From the NCBI RefSeq assembly GCF_037444525.1, contig NZ_JBBIMD010000002.1, forward strand, positions 117 to 64,116: a DNA stretch of 64,000 nucleotides. The letters are read 5' to 3'. Positions 31,949 to 44,451 of this stretch are shown here, in pieces. Every line of letters begins with the position of its first letter. Position 1 is the first letter of the stretch. Below the pieces are notes generated by a model. It was given only the letters and a program-made list of their open reading frames with translations, had not been told where the DNA came from and searched no databases. A program made the position numbers and the translations under genes. The DNA is from Thermus sp. (lineage in GTDB: Bacteria; Deinococcota; Deinococci; Deinococcales; Thermaceae).

Positions 31949-32019
31949 GACCCCACCGCGGCGGGGATCCCGAAAAAGAGCGCCCTTAAATGGCACGGTG
32001 TACCCCAGAGGCAAGAGGC

Positions 32020-32709
32020 CTAGGCCTTGACCCCCACGGCCTGCCGGATGGCCTGGAGGAACTGGGAAAGGGGCTGGGCCCCGAGCACCCGCGCCTTGCC
32101 GTGGTTGACGATGGTGTCCGGCACCCCGTGGATGCCGTAGCGGCTAGAGAGCTCGGGGAACTCGTTGGCCTCAATCATCTCCCCGAAGACCTTGGGGGAA
32201 GCGTAGGCCAGGCGGTGGGCGGTGCGCACCGCCTGCGGGCAGTAGGGGCAGGTGGGGGTGACGAAGACCTGAAGGACGACCTCCTCGGGGAGGTTACTGA
32301 GCTCCTCCACCACCTGCTCAGGCAGGCCGTGCCCGTCCCGGCCCAGCATCTCCAGGTCCTCCAGAAGGCTTGCAAACTCGTAGCCCGCGGGGATACCCCG
32401 GTAGCGGAGGTTGGTGGCCTCCGAACCTTTCTCCCGAAGGATAAGGGTGGGGGCCGCCTCCACCTGGAAGGCCTGGGCCTTCTCCTTGCCTTCAGGGGTG
32501 GCGAGGTCGTAGACCACCAGGTGGAGCTTATCGGAAAGCTCCTTGAGCTCTTTCAGAAGCTGCTCCGTCTCCCGGCAGTACATGCAGGGCTCCTTCCCCG
32601 GGGCGATGAGGGTGGAGGTGTCGGTGAAGAGGACCATCTCCACGTCCCGGTTCAGGGTGGAAAGCCTTTCCCTTACGATCTCCTGTTCCTTAGGTCCTAG
32701 AAGCGGCAT
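32020..32709 (-). CDS. Protein disulfide oxidoreductase (double thioredoxin fold)
   Basis: CMYC and CPYC redox motifs, YRGIPAGYEF, GVP. Confidence 0.9.
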   Translation of the reverse strand: MPLLGPKEQEIVRERLSTLNRDVEMVLFTDTSTLIAPGKEPCMYCRETEQLLKELKELSDKLHLVVYDLATPEGKEKAQAFQVEAAPTLILREKGSEATNLRYRGIPAGYEFASLLEDLEMLGRDGHGLPEQVVEELSNLPEEVVLQVFVTPTCPYCPQAVRTAHRLAYASPKVFGEMIEANEFPELSSRYGIHGVPDTIVNHGKARVLGAQPLSQFLQAIRQAVGVKA

Positions 32710-32722
32710 CTTTTCCTCCCGG

Positions 32723-32836
32723 ATACCCCCGTAGGGGCTCATCCTTTAAAGAGCATAGCACAGAGCCTTAAGGTTGAGAATGGGAGGGCATGAACTTTTC
32801 TACCTAGGCTTGACACCCATTACCCCGGTAGGGTAT
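32723..32836. promoter_or_regulatory. Divergent promoter region with two CsoR/CstR-like operators
   Basis: atacccccgtaggggct (32723-32739) and ttaccccggtagggtat (32820-32836); the second overlaps the spacer and -10 of TTGACA(32810)-18 nt-TATGTT. Confidence 0.6.
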
Positions 32837-32877
32837 GTTAGGGCCCGGGACAAAGGTCCCATTCTGGAGGTGAAGCC

Positions 32878-34314
32878 ATGGTCTTTCGGCAAATCTACGA
32901 GGAAGGCCTTGCCCAGATGAGCTACTTCCTGGGCTGCCCCGCCACCGGGGAGGCCCTGGTGGTGGACCCCAAGCGGGACATAGACACCTACCTGGACCTG
33001 GCAGGGAGCCTCGGCCTTACCATCACCGCCGTGGCGGAAACCCACATCCACGCGGACTACCTCTCGGGGGCCCGGGAGCTTGCCAAGGCCACTGGGGCCA
33101 CCCTCTACCTCTCCGACGAGGGGGACGAGAACTGGAAGTACCGGGGCCTGGAGGGCCTCCCCCATGTCCTGGTGAGGGATGGGGACGAGTTCAAGGTGGG
33201 GAACATCCGGGTGAAGGTCCTCCACACCCCTGGCCACACCCCCGAGCACATCGCCTTCCTGGTGGCGGATGGGGCGGTTTCCGACGAACCTCTTCTCCTC
33301 CTCACCGGGGACTTCGTCTTCGTGGGGGACATCGGGCGCCCGGACCTCCTGGAGGAGGCCGCGGGGTTTAAGGGCACCGCGGAGCCCGGGGCCAGGCGGA
33401 TGTTTAGGAGCCTCAAGGAGAGGTTCCTGACCCTCCCCGACCACGTGCAGGTCTGGCCCGGCCACGGGGCGGGCTCGGCTTGCGGCAAGGCCCTGGGGGC
33501 CCTTCCCGCCACCACCGTGGGCTACGAGAGGCGGCACGCCTGGTGGGCGGAGTACCTGGAACGGGACGATGAGGAAGGCTTCGTGAAGGCCCTCCTCCAA
33601 GGCCAGCCCGAGGCCCCCACCTACTTCAAGGAGATGAAGCGGCTGAACCGGGACGGGATGCCCATCCTGGGGGGTATCCCCCACCCTGCCCGGCTCACCA
33701 AGAGCCAGTTCGGGAAGGCCCTGGCCGAGGGGGCCATCCTGGTGGACACCCGGGACAAGTTCGCCTTCGCCGGGGGGCACCTGGAGGGGGCCATCAACAT
33801 CCCCGCGGGCAAGAGCTTCACCACCTTTGCGGGCTGGCTCCTCCCCTACGACCGGCCCCTCGTCCTCCTGGCCCGGCCCGAGGAGGTGGAGGGGCTGGTG
33901 CGGGCCCTCATCCGCATCGGGCTGGACAACGTGGTGGGGTACATCCCGGACCTCGAGGGCTACGCGGAAGGGGAGCTGGAGACCGTGCCCCAGATCACCG
34001 TGGAGGAGGCCAAGGCCCTTTGGGAGAGGAGGGAGGCCCTGGTCCTGGACGTGCGCGGCCGGGACGAGTATCTGGCGGGCCACATCCCCGGGGCCTTGAA
34101 CCTCCACGCGGGGCGGGTTTTGGCCCACCTGGACCGCCTTCCCAAGGACCGGCCCCTCATTGTCCACTGCCTAGGGGGGGACCGCTCCAGCACGGCCATC
34201 AGCGCCCTTCTGGCCCATGGCTTTAGGAACGCCCTGAACCTCACGGGGGGCATCCGGGTTTGGCAGGCTGCGGGCCTTCCCATGGAAAAGGGCGAGGCTC
34301 TGGTGAGCGCCTAA
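32878..34314 (+). CDS. MBL-fold persulfide dioxygenase fused to rhodanese domains (CstB/Blh-like)
   Basis: ETHIHADYLSG, HTPGHT, TGDFVFVGDIGRPD, PGHGAGSACGK; C-terminal rhodanese HCLGGDRS. Confidence 0.92.
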   Translation: MVFRQIYEEGLAQMSYFLGCPATGEALVVDPKRDIDTYLDLAGSLGLTITAVAETHIHADYLSGARELAKATGATLYLSDEGDENWKYRGLEGLPHVLVRDGDEFKVGNIRVKVLHTPGHTPEHIAFLVADGAVSDEPLLLLTGDFVFVGDIGRPDLLEEAAGFKGTAEPGARRMFRSLKERFLTLPDHVQVWPGHGAGSACGKALGALPATTVGYERRHAWWAEYLERDDEEGFVKALLQGQPEAPTYFKEMKRLNRDGMPILGGIPHPARLTKSQFGKALAEGAILVDTRDKFAFAGGHLEGAINIPAGKSFTTFAGWLLPYDRPLVLLARPEEVEGLVRALIRIGLDNVVGYIPDLEGYAEGELETVPQITVEEAKALWERREALVLDVRGRDEYLAGHIPGALNLHAGRVLAHLDRLPKDRPLIVHCLGGDRSSTAISALLAHGFRNALNLTGGIRVWQAAGLPMEKGEALVSA

Positions 34315-34347
34315 CCCGGCCCTTTCCAAGAAGATTGGGAGGAATCC

Positions 34348-35007
34348 ATGTACGAAACCGAAGTGAAGAACCTCACCCCCGAGGAGGCCAAGGCCCTTTA
34401 CGAGGAGGGGGCCCTCTTTCTGGACGTGCGCGAGGTGGAGGAGTTCGCCCAGGCCCGCATCCCCGGGGCCAGGCTCCTCCCCCTTTCCGAGTTCATGGCC
34501 CGCTTCGCCGAGGTGCCCAAGGAAGGCCCCGTGGTCCTCTACTGCCGCACAGGGAACCGCTCCTGGCAGGCGGTGGCCTGGCTTTCCGCCCAGGGCTGGA
34601 AGAACCTCTTTAACCTCGAGGGCGGCATCGTGCGCTGGTACCGCATGGGCCTTCCCGTGGACACCACCCCGGTGGAGGTGGGCTACCAAGGGGTGCCCTT
34701 CCAGGAGGTGGGGCCGGAGGAGGCCAAGGCCCTCCTGGAGGAGGCCTTCGTGGTGGACGTGCGCGAGCCCTGGGAGTACCAGGAAGGGCACCTGCCGAAG
34801 GCGGTGAACATCCCCCTTTCCACCCTGCCCGCAAGGCTTTCCGAGCTCCCCAAGGACCGGCCCATCCTCCTGGTGTGCAACTCCGGGAACCGCTCGGGGG
34901 TGGCCGCGGACTTCCTGGTGCAGCAGGGCTTTCCCGGGGAGAGGGTCTATAACCTCGAGGGCGGCACCTACGCCTGGATGGGCCACGGCCTCCCCATAGA
35001 GCGATGA
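34348..35007 (+). CDS. Tandem rhodanese-domain sulfurtransferase
   Basis: Two DVRE...CRTGNRS / CNSGNRS domains. Confidence 0.92.
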   Translation: MYETEVKNLTPEEAKALYEEGALFLDVREVEEFAQARIPGARLLPLSEFMARFAEVPKEGPVVLYCRTGNRSWQAVAWLSAQGWKNLFNLEGGIVRWYRMGLPVDTTPVEVGYQGVPFQEVGPEEAKALLEEAFVVDVREPWEYQEGHLPKAVNIPLSTLPARLSELPKDRPILLVCNSGNRSGVAADFLVQQGFPGERVYNLEGGTYAWMGHGLPIER

Positions 35008-35747
35008 GCCTCGCCCTTCTCGGCGCCCTCCTCATCGGCCTCTCCTTAGGGCTTATGGGCTCTGGGGGGTCCATCCTCACCGTGCCCGTCCTGGTCTACC
35101 TGGTGGGGGAGCCCCCCAAGCAGGCCATCGCGGAAAGCCTCCTCATCGTGGGGGGGATCGCCCTCCTGGGGGGTCTCCCCTACGCCTTGCGCAGCCTGGT
35201 GGACCACCGGAGCCTCCTCCTCTTCGGCTTGCCCGGCATGGCGGGCACCTACCTAGGGGCCTGGCTTTCCCGCTTCACCTCGGGGGAGGTGCAGCTCCTC
35301 ACCTTCGCCCTGGTGATGCTCCTTGCGGCCTACTTCATGGCCCGGCCCCTTCCCTTGCGGCCTAGGGGGGCGCGGAAGGCCTGGAAGGTGGTCCTGGAAG
35401 GGCTTTCCGTGGGCGTACTCACGGGGTTTGTGGGGGTAGGGGGTGGGTTCCTCATCGTCCCCGCCCTGGTCCTCCTCGGGGGGCTTCCCATGCACCTGGC
35501 GGTGGGCACGAGCCTTTTCATCATCGCCTTGAAATCCTTCGCTGGGTTTTACAAGTACCTCCACCTCCTGCCCGAATACGGCCTCTCGGTGGACTGGGGC
35601 CTGGCCCCCCTCTTCGTCGCCCTGGGAGCGGTGGGGAGCTTCCTCGGGGGGCGGATTGCGGTGCGCCTGCCCCAAGAGGCCTTAAAGCGGGGCTTCGCCC
35701 TCTTCCTGGTGGTCATGGGGGTCTTCATCGTGGTCCAGAACCTCTAG
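35004..35747 (+). CDS. TauE/SafE-family sulfite exporter
   Basis: [26 protein letters not shown] in transmembrane repeats. Confidence 0.92.
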   Translation: MSLALLGALLIGLSLGLMGSGGSILTVPVLVYLVGEPPKQAIAESLLIVGGIALLGGLPYALRSLVDHRSLLLFGLPGMAGTYLGAWLSRFTSGEVQLLTFALVMLLAAYFMARPLPLRPRGARKAWKVVLEGLSVGVLTGFVGVGGGFLIVPALVLLGGLPMHLAVGTSLFIIALKSFAGFYKYLHLLPEYGLSVDWGLAPLFVALGAVGSFLGGRIAVRLPQEALKRGFALFLVVMGVFIVVQNL

Positions 35748-36131
35748 GGGGCCACGGGCACCCCAAGGCGCCGGGCTGCCTGGGCCAAGGGGGCATCCAG
35801 GGTCCAAAGGGGTAGCTTAAGGTGGAGCGCCAAGGCGAGAAGGCGCTTTCGTAGACCGGAAGGCCGACGGAAAGGGCAAGCTCCAGGACGGCGGCCGGCT
35901 CCACCTCCCAAACCTCCCAGCCCAAGACCCTCAAGGCCTCGTGGGCCAGCCCCTCCTCCAGGCGGCCCCAACGCACCGCCGCCCAAAGGGCGTTGGCCAC
36001 CTCGTAGGGGAAAAGGGAGGGTACCAGGAGGTTCACCCCCTCCTCCACCGCGCGCCGCCTAAGTCCAGCCCCGCGTCCTCCCCGGGAAGGACCCGGCTTA
36101 GGGCTAAGGAGGCGTCCACCACCGCCTTCAT
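35744..36131 (-). pseudogene. Frameshifted PIN-domain (VapC) toxin
   Basis: Three frames read MKAVVDASLALSRVLPGE / EEGVNLLVPSLFPYEVANAL...LPVYE / LALALHLKLPLWTLDAPL, so two frameshifts. Confidence 0.8.
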
Positions 36132-36371
36132 GGGGAGGCCTCCTCGAGGCCCTCCCGCTTCAAGGCCCGGATCTCCCCCGCCCTAAACCGTCCCCGGATG
36201 CGCCGCCTGAGCCCCTCCATCCTCAAGGCCACGGGCCCCCAGTCCCCCTCCTCCAGAAGGCGCAAAGCCCCCTCTAAGAGGAAGCCGGAGAGGGTCTTGC
36301 CCCGGAGGCTGGCGGCGGTGGGTCTCCTCGCCCACGTACACCGTGATTCGGGCCACGAAGGCCAGCTTCAC
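36128..36371 (-). pseudogene. Frameshifted RHH-type antitoxin
   Basis: ARITVYVGEETHRR continues in another frame as SLRGKTLSGFLLEGALRLL...EEASP-stop, whose TGA overlaps the toxin ATG. Confidence 0.7.
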
Positions 36372-36374
36372 GCT

Positions 36375-36392
36375 TTGACGTTATAGCGTCAA
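36375..36392. promoter_or_regulatory. Palindromic operator TTGACG-N6-CGTCAA over the TA promoter
   Basis: Perfect 6-bp inverted repeat covering a minus-strand TAACGT -10 that lies 6 nt before GTG 36371. Confidence 0.55.
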
Positions 36393-36427
36393 GGGCCCCT
36401 TGGAAAAAAGGGGCTAAGATGGAAGGC

Positions 36428-37282
36428 GTGTACGCCGTCCGCGAAGGGTTCCGCCAGATCCTCCGCCACCCCACCGCCAGTCTGGCCACCTTCTTCACCG
36501 CCTTGGTCTCCTTCACCCTGCTTTACTTCCTGGGGCTTCTCCTTTGGAACCTGGAGCGGGTGGTGCAGGGCTTGGAAAGGGAGCTGGAGGTGGCGGCCTT
36601 TCTGAAGCCCGAGGCCAACGTGGAAGCCCTCCTTACGGAAATCCAGGCCTGGCCCGAGGTGCGGGAGGTCCGCCTCCAGCCCAAGGAGGAGGCCCTGGCC
36701 CAGCTGGTCCTGGACTACCCCTACCTGGCCGAGGCCAAGGACCTGGTGGAAAACCCCTTGCCCGACACCCTGCGCCTGCGGCTCAAGGACCCCGAGGCCG
36801 TGCGCCAGGTGGCGGGGCGCCTCCGGGCCCTCCCCGGGGTGGAAGGGGTGGAGTATGGGGGGGAGCTCACGGAAAGGCTCGTGGGGGTGCTGTCGGGAAG
36901 CCGGGTGGCCATGGGGCTTTTGGTGGCCCTCCTTCTCCTCAACACCTTCTTCAGCGTGATGGGCGCCATCCGCCTCTCGGTGGAAAACCGCAAGGAGGCC
37001 CTGGGCATCATGCTCCTGGTGGGGGCCACCCGCCGGTTCATCCAGGGGCCTTTTCTGGCGGAAGGGGCCTTCCTCACCCTGGGGGCCGGGATCCTTGCGG
37101 TCCTCTTCGGGGGCCTCCTTTACCGGCGCCTTTCCGAGGCCCTGCAGGGGCTCCTCCCCTTCATCCCGGTGCTCAGCCTGGAGGACCTCTTCCGCACCGG
37201 CCTGGCCGTCCTCCTCCTGGCCTTCTTTCTGGGCCTAGGGGGGGCGTACCTGGCGAGCCGTGCCCACCTTAGGGAGGTTTAG
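36428..37282 (+). CDS. ftsX: Cell division permease FtsX
   Basis: ENPLPDTLRL, GVEGVEYG, IMLLVGATRRFIQGPFLAEG; GTG 36428 lies 7 nt after TAAGAT (track start 36419). Confidence 0.9.
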   Translation: MYAVREGFRQILRHPTASLATFFTALVSFTLLYFLGLLLWNLERVVQGLERELEVAAFLKPEANVEALLTEIQAWPEVREVRLQPKEEALAQLVLDYPYLAEAKDLVENPLPDTLRLRLKDPEAVRQVAGRLRALPGVEGVEYGGELTERLVGVLSGSRVAMGLLVALLLLNTFFSVMGAIRLSVENRKEALGIMLLVGATRRFIQGPFLAEGAFLTLGAGILAVLFGGLLYRRLSEALQGLLPFIPVLSLEDLFRTGLAVLLLAFFLGLGGAYLASRAHLREV

Positions 37283-38497
37283 GTGCGCTTCCTCCTCCTT
37301 CTCCTCTTGGGGCTGGTCTGGGCCCAGGACCTGAAGACCCTCGAGGCGGAAGCCGAGAAGGCCCGGGCCCTGGAAGGGCGAATCGCCCAGCGCATTGCCC
37401 TCCTAAACCGCGAGCTCCAAAACCTCTCCCAAAGGGCGGAGGCGCTCCTTCGGGAAAAGGGGCGCCTGGAGGAGGAGATCGCCCGCCTAGAGGCCCAAAG
37501 GGCAGCCTTAAAAGGGGAAATCGCCCGCCTTAAGGAAGAGGTGCGCCAAACCGAAGCCCGCATCGCCAAAGGGGAAAAGGAGCTGGAAGCCCTCAAAGGA
37601 CGGCTTAAAGCCCTGATGCTTAGCCTTTACAAGGAGAAGGCGGCCCGCTACCTTCCCCTCCTCCGGGCGGAAAGCTTCACCGACCTCATGGTGCGGGCCC
37701 GCCTGGTGGGTTACATCTCGGAACGGGACACCGCCCTCGTGCGCCAGATCCAAGGGGTGCTGAAGGCCCTGCAGGAGGAAAAGGTCCGGCTGGAACTCCT
37801 CCTGAAGGACCTTTCGGCCAAGGAGGCGCGCCTGGGGGAAACCCAAAGGGCCCTGGAAGAGGAAAAGAAGGCCCTGGAGGCCACCTTATCCAACCTGAAC
37901 AAGGAGGCTCAAGGGAAACGGGCCCTCCTCCGGGAAACCCTAAGGGAGCGCCAGCGCCTGCAGGCCGAACTGGCCCAGCTCCAGGCCCAAATTCTAGCGG
38001 AAAGGCGGCGCCAGGAGGAGCTAAGGAGACAGGAAGAGGAAAGGCGGCGCCAGGAGGAGGCCAAGAGGCGGGCCGCGGCCCAGCCCGCCCGGGTGGTGGT
38101 CCCTCCTCCGCCCCTGCCCAGCACCGTGGGCCGCCTGGCCTTTCCGGTGCCGGGAGGGCGGATCGCGGTGCCCTATGGGGCGGAAGGCTCCTTCATCGTC
38201 ATCCAGGGCCCAGCCCCGGGAAGCCCCGTGCAGGCCGCCGCGGAAGGGTACGTGGGTGGGGTGCTCTACCTCCCCAACCTGGGCTACACCGTAATGCTGG
38301 TGCACACGGAAACCCTCTCCAGCGTCTACACCAACCTGCAAGAACCCCTGGTGAGGGAGGGGGAGCGGGTGGGGCGGGGGCAGCTTCTGGGCTACACGGG
38401 GGGAGGGCTTCTCATCCGCCCGGAGGAGCTGGAGTTCCGGGTGGCGGTGCGGATAGGGGAGGAGACCCGCTTCGTGGACCCGGCGGCCTACTTTTAA
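37283..38497 (+). CDS. EnvC-like murein hydrolase activator (coiled coil plus degenerate M23 domain)
   Basis: Signal peptide, long heptad repeat, M23-like fold with VYTNL in place of the Zn-binding HxH. Confidence 0.85.
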   Translation: MRFLLLLLLGLVWAQDLKTLEAEAEKARALEGRIAQRIALLNRELQNLSQRAEALLREKGRLEEEIARLEAQRAALKGEIARLKEEVRQTEARIAKGEKELEALKGRLKALMLSLYKEKAARYLPLLRAESFTDLMVRARLVGYISERDTALVRQIQGVLKALQEEKVRLELLLKDLSAKEARLGETQRALEEEKKALEATLSNLNKEAQGKRALLRETLRERQRLQAELAQLQAQILAERRRQEELRRQEEERRRQEEAKRRAAAQPARVVVPPPPLPSTVGRLAFPVPGGRIAVPYGAEGSFIVIQGPAPGSPVQAAAEGYVGGVLYLPNLGYTVMLVHTETLSSVYTNLQEPLVREGERVGRGQLLGYTGGGLLIRPEELEFRVAVRIGEETRFVDPAAYF

Positions 38498-38543
38498 GTA
38501 CCCCGCCGAAGCCTTCGCTTCGGCGGGGGCCCCAAAGGGGTTC
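38495..38543. repeat. Second copy of the REP-like palindrome
   Basis: taagtaccccgccgaagc-cttc-gcttcggcgggggccccaaaggggttc, collinear with 5057-5108; also positioned as a terminator between convergent genes. Confidence 0.65.
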
Positions 38544-39104
38544 TCACGCGGGCTCAATGAGCCCGTAGTTCCCGTCCTTGCGCCGGTAGATGACGTTGAT
38601 CTCCTCCGTGTCCCGGTTGCGGAAGACGAAGAAGTCGTGCCCCAGGGCTTCCATTTGGAAGGCCGCCTCCTCGGGGTCCATGGGCTTCATCTCAAAGCGC
38701 TTGACCCGGACGATCCTAGGGCCTTCCTCCTCCTCGGGCTTGCGCAGGGCCTCGAGGGCCCGCACCTCCTCGGGGGGAGGGCCCTGGTAAGAGTGGCGCT
38801 TGCCCATATAGCGGCGCTCCTTGAAGCGCTTGAGCTGGGTTTCCAGACGGTCCACCATGCGGTCTATGGCCGCATAGAGGTCCTGGTCCTCCTCCTCCAC
38901 CCGCACAAGCCCCCCAGGGAGGTCCACCTGGACCTCGGCCTTGGCCTTCCGCTCCACGTGGGGGCTAGAGGCCAGGGAAAGCACCACCTTGGCCATGAGC
39001 TCGCCGTTTTGGTAGCGGTCCAGGCGGGCAAGCTTCTTCTCCACGTAGTCCCGGATGGCGTCGGTGATCTCCAGGTTGCGGCCGATGAGTTTGTAGACGT
39101 TCAT
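38544..39104 (-). CDS. hpf: Ribosome hibernation promoting factor (long HPF)
   Basis: GRNLEITDAIRDYVEKKL, DLYAAID, C-terminal MDPEEAAFQMEALGHDFFVF. Confidence 0.95.
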   Translation of the reverse strand: MNVYKLIGRNLEITDAIRDYVEKKLARLDRYQNGELMAKVVLSLASSPHVERKAKAEVQVDLPGGLVRVEEEDQDLYAAIDRMVDRLETQLKRFKERRYMGKRHSYQGPPPEEVRALEALRKPEEEEGPRIVRVKRFEMKPMDPEEAAFQMEALGHDFFVFRNRDTEEINVIYRRKDGNYGLIEPA

Positions 39105-39829
39105 CCCTCCTCCTTTCCGCCCCCAAGAGGGCTTTCCCTTACCCTTATCCTATCACCCTCCCCGGGACGCTCGTCCCGGACCACCTGCCCGGCCTTCAGC
39201 ACCACCACCCGCGCGGGGTAGGCTTCCAAGAGCTCCCGGCTGTGGGTGGCGAGGAGGACCGTGGCCCCCCGGGCGTGGGCCGCCTTGAGGATCTCCAAGA
39301 CGGAAAGGGCGTTTTCCGAGTCCAGGTTGCCCGTGGGCTCGTCCGCCAGGATGACGGGGGGGTCCAGGAGCAGGGCCCGGGCAATGGCCACCCGCTGGGC
39401 CTCCCCTACGGAAAGCTCCTCGGGGAAGGCCCGCTTCTTGTGGGCAAGGCCCACCCGGCGAAGCGCGGTGTAGATCCGCCCCTCCCACTCCCGCCGGGGC
39501 ACCCCCTGGACCTGGAGGACGAAGGCCAGGTTCTCCTCCACGGTCATGTCCTTGAGGAGGCGGTGGTCCTGGAAGACCATGCCGATGCGGCGGCGGTGGA
39601 GGGACACCCCGTCCCCTTTAAGGGCTTTAAGGTTCTGCCCGGCGAAGTAGACCGCGCCCTGGGTGGGAAGGAGGCGGCGCAGGATGAGGCTTAGGAGGGT
39701 GGACTTTCCCGCCCCGGAATGCCCCACGATGTAGACGAACTCGCCCTTCTTGACCTCGAGGCTCACGTTGTAAAGGGCCTTGGTCCCGGTCCTGGGGTAT
39801 TCCAGGGTAACCCGGTGGAAGGCGATCAT
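39101..39829 (-). CDS. ftsE: Cell division ATP-binding protein FtsE
   Basis: [39 protein letters not shown]. Confidence 0.88.
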   Translation of the reverse strand: MIAFHRVTLEYPRTGTKALYNVSLEVKKGEFVYIVGHSGAGKSTLLSLILRRLLPTQGAVYFAGQNLKALKGDGVSLHRRRIGMVFQDHRLLKDMTVEENLAFVLQVQGVPRREWEGRIYTALRRVGLAHKKRAFPEELSVGEAQRVAIARALLLDPPVILADEPTGNLDSENALSVLEILKAAHARGATVLLATHSRELLEAYPARVVVLKAGQVVRDERPGEGDRIRVRESPLGGGKEEG

Positions 39830-39879
39830 GCCCCCATCCTACTTTCCTTCTCACCCGGGCACGCTATAGTGGGACCTAG

Positions 39880-41214
39880 GTGAGTGCGAAGATGAAAAGA
39901 CGCGCGTGGTTTCTCGTCGGCCTGGGGGTCCTCCTGGCCTTGGTCTACGCCCAGCTTCCGAGACCCCAGGCGGAAACCCTCTTGCAAAACCCCAACGGCC
40001 AGGCCCTTCTGGAGGTCTACCAGCGCATCCAGCAGGACTACCTAGAACCCCTGCCCAAGGAAAAGCTCAACAAGGTCCTGGAAGGGGCCATCGGGGGCAT
40101 GATCCAGGCTTTGGAAGACCCCTTCACCAGCTACTCCCCGCCTGAGCGGGCAAGCCTCCGCCAGGAGGACCTTAGGGGCGAGTTCTTCGGCATCGGGGCC
40201 ACCCTCTCCCCCGCCAACCCCGACGGCACCGGGGCCAAGGTGGAGGGGGTCATGAAGGGCCTCCCCGCCCAAAGGGCTGGGATTCGGGCCGGGGACGTCA
40301 TCCTGGAGGTGGACGGCCAGGACGTGACCAAGCTCCCCCTGCAGGAGGTGGTGGCCAAAATCCGCGGCCGGGAGGGGACCAAGGTCATCCTGAAGATAAG
40401 GCGGGAAGGGGTGCCCGCCCCCTTGGTCTTTGAGCTCATCCGGGAGCGGGTGGAGATCATCGCCGTGTCCACCGGGCGGATCGGGGATGTGGGCTACGTG
40501 GCCTTGGAGACCTTTGCCAACTTCAAGGTGGAGGACCAGCTTAAGAAGGCCTTGGACGAGCTCAAGGCCCAAGGGGTGAAGAAGCTCATCTTTGACCTGA
40601 GGGACAATGGGGGCGGCCTCCTGGACCAGGGCTGCGCGGTGGCGAGCGCCTTCCTGAAGGAGGGCCCCATCGTCTACACCCGCACCAAGAACCTCACCCG
40701 GGTCTGGTGCGAGGCCTCGGGGCGGCCCCTTTGGGACGGGCCCATGGTGGTGCTGGTGAACGGGAACTCCGCCTCCGCCAGCGAGATCGTGGCCGGGGCT
40801 CTCCAGGACTACGGTCGGGCCAAGCTCATCGGGGAGAAGACCTTCGGCAAGGGCGTGGGCCAGACCCCCTTCACCCTGGCCAACGGCGGGGAGCTCACCC
40901 TGGTGACCTTTGAGTGGCTCACCCCCAAGCGCCGGGCCATCAACAAGGAGGGCCTGAAGCCGGACATCGAGGTGAAGGACACCCGCTTCCCCACCCCCTT
41001 CTCCCTCCAAGGCGCGGGGGCACCCCCTGGGGCCGAGATCAGCTTGACCCTAAACGGCAAGACGCTGAAGGTGAAGGCCGATGCCGAGGGCAAGTTCACC
41101 TACGCCGAGCCCCAGCGCCAGCGCCCCCTCCCCGAGGACCGGGGGCAGGCGGTCTTGGACCTCGAGGGGGACGCCATCCTGAAGCGGGCCCTGGAGGAGC
41201 TGCAGGGAAGGTAG
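39880..41214 (+). CDS. S41-family C-terminal processing protease with PDZ domain
   Basis: GIGATL PDZ, DLRDNGGG, SASASEI, TFGKG. Confidence 0.93.
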   Translation: MSAKMKRRAWFLVGLGVLLALVYAQLPRPQAETLLQNPNGQALLEVYQRIQQDYLEPLPKEKLNKVLEGAIGGMIQALEDPFTSYSPPERASLRQEDLRGEFFGIGATLSPANPDGTGAKVEGVMKGLPAQRAGIRAGDVILEVDGQDVTKLPLQEVVAKIRGREGTKVILKIRREGVPAPLVFELIRERVEIIAVSTGRIGDVGYVALETFANFKVEDQLKKALDELKAQGVKKLIFDLRDNGGGLLDQGCAVASAFLKEGPIVYTRTKNLTRVWCEASGRPLWDGPMVVLVNGNSASASEIVAGALQDYGRAKLIGEKTFGKGVGQTPFTLANGGELTLVTFEWLTPKRRAINKEGLKPDIEVKDTRFPTPFSLQGAGAPPGAEISLTLNGKTLKVKADAEGKFTYAEPQRQRPLPEDRGQAVLDLEGDAILKRALEELQGR

Positions 41215-41270
41215 GAGGGAGGGGCCCTACCCCTCCCTCCTTGCGCCCCCGCCCTAGCTAGGGCGGGGGG
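41214..41270. terminator. Double hairpin between the convergent protease gene and metG
   Basis: ggagggagggg/cccctccctcc and cccccgccctag/ctagggcggggg stems. Confidence 0.6.
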
Positions 41271-41273
41271 TCC

Positions 41274-43231
<1,958 letters not shown>

Positions 43232-43236
43232 CACCC

Positions 43237-44394
<1,158 letters not shown>

Positions 44395-44451
44395 TTATAA
44401 ACCCCACCGCGGCGTCCACCACGGCGGGGCCCCAAAACGCGCCGATTTTGC

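Noticed and set aside
32800-34167. Long antisense ORFs (455 aa here; also 49917..51629, 58883..59890, 26837..27853 and many others)
   Set aside because: Shadow frames of high-GC genes; no motifs and fully overlapped by well-supported CDSs.
37283-38497. Repetitive QEE/RR-rich stretch as a DNA repeat element
   Set aside because: It is the ordinary coiled-coil and linker of an EnvC-like protein.
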